Of a stretch of 64,000 bases of DNA, positions 60,664 through 64,000 are shown piece after piece. The DNA comes from Longimicrobiales bacterium (GTDB taxonomy: Bacteria > Gemmatimonadota > Gemmatimonadetes > Longimicrobiales > Gaopeijiaceae). The position numbers and the translations under genes were made by a program. A model generated the notes under the pieces. The model did not search any database. It saw nothing but the letters and a program-made list of their open reading frames with translations, and was not told the origin of the DNA. Location of the stretch: contig CAXXKM010000003.1 in assembly GCA_963664435.2 (NCBI GenBank), forward strand, positions 672,001-736,000. Reading direction: 5' to 3'. Numbering within the stretch: position 1 is the first letter of the stretch; the number at the start of each line of letters is the position of its first letter.

Positions 60664-62326
60664 AACCCCCCTCCCCCCCGAACAACCGGGCGAAGCTTCC
60701 GCCCCGCCGAAGCAGCTCCGAGGCCGTGCCTTCCTCCACGATGCGGCCGCGCTCCAGCACCACCACCCGATCGGCCCGCCGGGCGAGCGCAAGCCGGTGG
60801 GACACCAGGATCGTCGTGCGGCTCCGCATCACGGCCTGGTAGCCCTCCATGAGCGCGCGCTCCGAGGCCGGGTCGAGCGACGCGGTGGGCTCGTCGAGCA
60901 CCAGCACCCGCGGGTCGGCCAGGAAGGCGCGCGCGACCGCGACCCGCTGGCGCTGCCCCGCCGACAGTTCCCGCCCCTGCTCCCCGACCTGCGTCTCCAG
61001 GCCGTCCGGCAGGGTGGCGAGGAAGGCGTCCAGCCCCACCGCGCGCGCGGCCGCCTCAACCTCCCCGTCCGACGCCCCCGGCCGGCCGTAACGGATGTTG
61101 TCCGCGATAGTGGTGTTGAACAGAAAGGGCTCCTGCTCCACCGGCACCACGGCCGCACGCACGTCCTCGAGCCGCAGCACGCGCAGGTCGCGGCCCCCCA
61201 GCCGGATCCGGCCGGCGTCCGGATCAAGCTGCCGCGACAGCAGGTCCACGATGGTGGACTTCCCGCTCCCGCTCGCGCCCACGACCGCCACCACCTCCCC
61301 TTCCGCCACCGCCAGGTCGACCCCGTCCAGCACCGGCTCCCCGCGCCCGAACGAAAAGCTCACCTCCTCCAGCCTGAGCTCCCCGCCCAGCCCCGCCGCG
61401 CTCTCCGGCCGCTCCGGGTCCCGCACGTGCACCGGGCTGTCCAGAATCACATGGACGCGCCCGAGCGAGACCCGCGCCGTCGCCAGGCTCGCATAAAGCC
61501 CCATCAATCCCTGGATGGGCCCGAGCAGCCGCATCTGATAGGCCATGAAGGCGACGAACGTCCCCATCGTGATCACCTCCGTGATCACCCTCTGGCCCCC
61601 GTACAGGAAGACGGCCGCGACCCCACCGGCCAGAATCAGCCCGGGCAGCCCGCCCGCGAGATAGGTCAGCAGCCGCATCGACATCAGCGTGCGGATGAAG
61701 CCGTCGTTCTTCTTCCGGAAGCGACGCTGCTCCCGGCTCTGCGCGTTCGACGCCACGGTCAGCTTGAGGCCGAGGATGGTCTCGATCAGGAAGCTGCCGA
61801 TCTCGGCGCTCCGCTCCCGCAACTCGCCGGTGATGCGCTCGAGACGCCTCCGATAGCGCACCAGCGCCCACAGGCAGGGCGGCAGGACCGCCAGGCTCAC
61901 CAGAAACAGCCGCGCGTCCAGCCAGATCAGCATGGCCACCGTTCCCACCAGGTAAGCGCCGTTCATCAGCCACGCCAACAGGCTCTCGGAGACCACGCGC
62001 TGGATCTCGCCGATGTCGTTGTTGATGCGCGACATGATGTCCCCGATCGGGGTGCGCGCGTAAAAGCGGGGCGAGAGGCGCTGCAGGTGCCGGTAGAGCG
62101 CCAGTCGCATGTCGAAGAGGATGTCCGCCGAAGTGCGCGTGTAGCGCATCCCCGCCACCACGTTCAGCCCGAAGGAGAGCACCGTGATCCCCGCGAACAG
62201 CGCCACGATGCGGGTGAGCGCGGCCGTGTCCCGCCCCAGGAGCGCGGTGTCCACCAGGTCCTTCGAGAGGTAGGGGATGAAGAGCGAGAGCACGGTGCCC
62301 GTCAGGCTCACCGCGAGCACCAGCAC
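60662..62326 (-). CDS. qhpF: ABC exporter (TM + ATPase); probable QhpF
   Basis: GASGSGKST, LSAGQRQR, LDEPTASLD, SHR. The frame stays open upstream (WALGFVRPY), so the true start may be about 62386 (CTG). Confidence 0.75.
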   Translation of the reverse strand: MLVLAVSLTGTVLSLFIPYLSKDLVDTALLGRDTAALTRIVALFAGITVLSFGLNVVAGMRYTRTSADILFDMRLALYRHLQRLSPRFYARTPIGDIMSRINNDIGEIQRVVSESLLAWLMNGAYLVGTVAMLIWLDARLFLVSLAVLPPCLWALVRYRRRLERITGELRERSAEIGSFLIETILGLKLTVASNAQSREQRRFRKKNDGFIRTLMSMRLLTYLAGGLPGLILAGGVAAVFLYGGQRVITEVITMGTFVAFMAYQMRLLGPIQGLMGLYASLATARVSLGRVHVILDSPVHVRDPERPESAAGLGGELRLEEVSFSFGRGEPVLDGVDLAVAEGEVVAVVGASGSGKSTIVDLLSRQLDPDAGRIRLGGRDLRVLRLEDVRAAVVPVEQEPFLFNTTIADNIRYGRPGASDGEVEAAARAVGLDAFLATLPDGLETQVGEQGRELSAGQRQRVAVARAFLADPRVLVLDEPTASLDPASERALMEGYQAVMRSRTTILVSHRLALARRADRVVVLERGRIVEEGTASELLRRGGSFARLFGGEGG

Positions 62327-62507
62327 CAGCCACTTCGCGTAGGGGCGGACGAAGCCGAGGGCCCAGCGGACCTCGCGGCCGATCAGTGCTCCCGAGAGAT
62401 GCCTCCCGGGGCCCGCAGGGGAGGAGTCGGACCCGGCTTGGGGAGGCCGCCCGCCACCCGGCGTCCGGACGGCGGACTCGTTGCGGGCGCGCCCGGAAGC
62501 CCCGACC

Positions 62508-63668
62508 CTACGAACCGCCGCCGTTGCTGGCCGCGTCCCCGGGCACCAGCAGGAAGCGCGTCATGTCGGCGTCCAGCCACACCGTCCGGAGCAGCTCGTG
62601 GGTGTCGGCGTCGTAGACGTCGATGGTGTTGCCCGCGTTGTAGATGTAGAGCAGTTCGCCGTTGGAGCTCGGCGCCAGCGACATGCGCGGACGTCCGGGG
62701 AACTCGACCCGGCTCTCGACCCGGCGCCCTTCCAGATCGAAGGTCCAGAACTCGTAGAAGCCGATTTCCGAGCGCAGCCCGTACGCCTTGCGGCCGTCCG
62801 GGGCCAGCGCGAAGCTCACCCGCTCGCTGGGCCCGAGGGTATAGAAGTCGACATCCTGCTCCGCCAGGTTGACGCGCGCGATGCCCATCATCTGGCGGCC
62901 CTGCACGGGATCCGTCATCCGGAAGAGATTCGTGAAGATGCCCTCGTCGTCGTAGGGGCTGCGCTGGAAGCTCATGTTCATGCGCCCGAGCCCCTCCTCC
63001 AGCGGCTGCGACAGCTCCCAGCGGTCCACCTCGGTGAAGTTCTCGGTCTCGACGGCGATGATGTCGCGGCCGAAGAAGTAGAGGAGGTCGCCGTCCGGCG
63101 AGAACATGAGGTTGGCGCCCTGACGCTGCTCGCCCACCGATGTCGGCACCGTATCGGTCACCTCGTGCGAGTCGAGGTCGACGCGGAGGATCGAGAATTC
63201 GCCGATCTCGAAGCGGTCGAGCAGCTTGGTGTAGCTGCGCGCGCCGAGCAGGACGTACTCCCCGCCCGGGTCCACGGCCATCGAGCGGATGCGCACCCGG
63301 GTGTTGCCCTCGCTCAGGGTGAACGAGTCGACCGATCGGCCCTCGGCCAGATCGACCACCTCGATGTGCTCCATGGCGGCGTCGCGCACGTAGAGGGTGC
63401 GGTTGTCCGGGGAGAGCTGCATCAAGTTGGGGATGCCGGATGTGACCGGGATGCGCTCCGTGACCTCGAGGGTCGCCTCGTCGATGACGTAGACGGACTC
63501 GTTGTAGGCCCCCATGTAGATGGTGCCGTTGCCGCCCGAGCGGACCTCCTGGGCGGCGGCGGCGGCCGGGAAAAGCGCGATCGATGCCGAAGCCACCAGC
63601 CAGCGGCGCATCAGGCGCGGGAGCGCGGACCGCGGTCCGGGGGCCGTCCGGCGCCGGGAATCCTTCAT
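62508..63668 (-). CDS. qhpB: Quinohemoprotein amine dehydrogenase beta subunit-like beta-propeller
   Basis: Signal peptide, YVTN-type propeller repeats (LSPDNRTLYV, FSPDGDLLY); lies directly downstream of qhpC. Confidence 0.75.
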   Translation of the reverse strand: MKDSRRRTAPGPRSALPRLMRRWLVASASIALFPAAAAAQEVRSGGNGTIYMGAYNESVYVIDEATLEVTERIPVTSGIPNLMQLSPDNRTLYVRDAAMEHIEVVDLAEGRSVDSFTLSEGNTRVRIRSMAVDPGGEYVLLGARSYTKLLDRFEIGEFSILRVDLDSHEVTDTVPTSVGEQRQGANLMFSPDGDLLYFFGRDIIAVETENFTEVDRWELSQPLEEGLGRMNMSFQRSPYDDEGIFTNLFRMTDPVQGRQMMGIARVNLAEQDVDFYTLGPSERVSFALAPDGRKAYGLRSEIGFYEFWTFDLEGRRVESRVEFPGRPRMSLAPSSNGELLYIYNAGNTIDVYDADTHELLRTVWLDADMTRFLLVPGDAASNGGGS

Positions 63669-63673
63669 GAGGT

Positions 63674-63709
63674 ATGACATTTTGTCAGACACGTCTGCCA
63701 TTTTGTCAG
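63674..63709. repeat. Two 15-bp palindromes at 21-bp period between qhpC and qhpB
   Basis: On the minus strand CTGACAAAATGGCAG (63709-63695) and CTGACAAAATGTCAT (63688-63674). Confidence 0.75.
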
Positions 63710-63738
63710 GTTTGGTCGATGGAAAGGACGTTTCCGGC

Positions 63739-63999
63739 CTACGGGAAGATCATCTCCAGCTTGCGCCAGTCGTTCTGCGCCGCCGCGCACTTGCCGGTCC
63801 AGTCCGGGCTGTGGTTCAGCTGATCCGGGACATGGGCGGGCCAGAAACACGCCAGGTGGCAATCGAAGAGGTCGCGCTCCACCGGCTGGCAGAGCCCGGC
63901 CGTGCCGCCCGCCTCGTCGACCTCCCAGCCGGGCGCGAAGACGAGCGAGCAGCCCAGCGGGATGTGCGGGATCTCCGGGATCTCGGGGAGGCGTCCCCC
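63739..63999 (-). CDS. qhpC: Quinohemoprotein amine dehydrogenase gamma subunit (CTQ-bearing peptide); 5' end outside the window
   Basis: Not in the ORF track. Manual translation: ...IPLGCSLVFAPGWEVDEAGGTAGLCQPVERDLFDCHLACFWPAHVPDQLNHSPDWTGKCAAAQNDWRKLEMIFP*. C7/E16, C27/D33, C37/W43 and C41/D49 spacings are conserved. Confidence 0.93.
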   Translation of the reverse strand, partial: GGRLPEIPEIPHIPLGCSLVFAPGWEVDEAGGTAGLCQPVERDLFDCHLACFWPAHVPDQLNHSPDWTGKCAAAQNDWRKLEMIFP

Positions 64000-64000
64000 G

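Overview
A 64-kb window of a high-GC bacterial chromosome. Gene content and style suggest Gemmatimonadota or a similar lineage, but this is inference only. 1-17 kb is a minus-strand housekeeping block: purM, PfkB kinase, argS, methylmalonyl-CoA mutase and propionyl-CoA carboxylase genes, rpsA, an aroA-cmk fusion, tyrA and rnz. 17-33 kb holds a TonB receptor, two Tat-signal PLP enzymes, tRNA-Leu(UAA), an NhaC-type transporter, gltBD, and an exported peroxiredoxin-like protein whose catalytic codon is an in-frame UGA followed by a SECIS-like hairpin (probable selenoprotein, split by the ORF track). 33.2-41.8 kb is a visibly lower-GC segment with no transposase or integrase, bounded by long imperfect inverted repeats. 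It encodes an Ig-like repeat surface protein with a 525-bp tandem duplication and an Mre11/SbcD nuclease plus a Rad50/SbcC-like ATPase carrying a transmembrane hairpin. A palindrome CTG[C/A]CAAAATG[G/T]CAG occurs at both island ends (three copies at 41-bp period on the right) and again inside the qhp cluster. 42-57 kb holds a divergent FGE-domain gene pair, a polyamine ABC transporter, a TonB receptor, FKBP, an alpha-carbonic anhydrase and an APC permease. 57-64 kb is the distal part of a quinohemoprotein amine dehydrogenase cluster (qhpC, missed by the ORF track, then qhpB, an ABC exporter and an S8 protease). It is interrupted by hipBA and vapBC toxin-antitoxin modules, and a duplicated piece of the exporter 3' end remains as a scar. 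All calls come from motif recognition by eye; no database searches were run.
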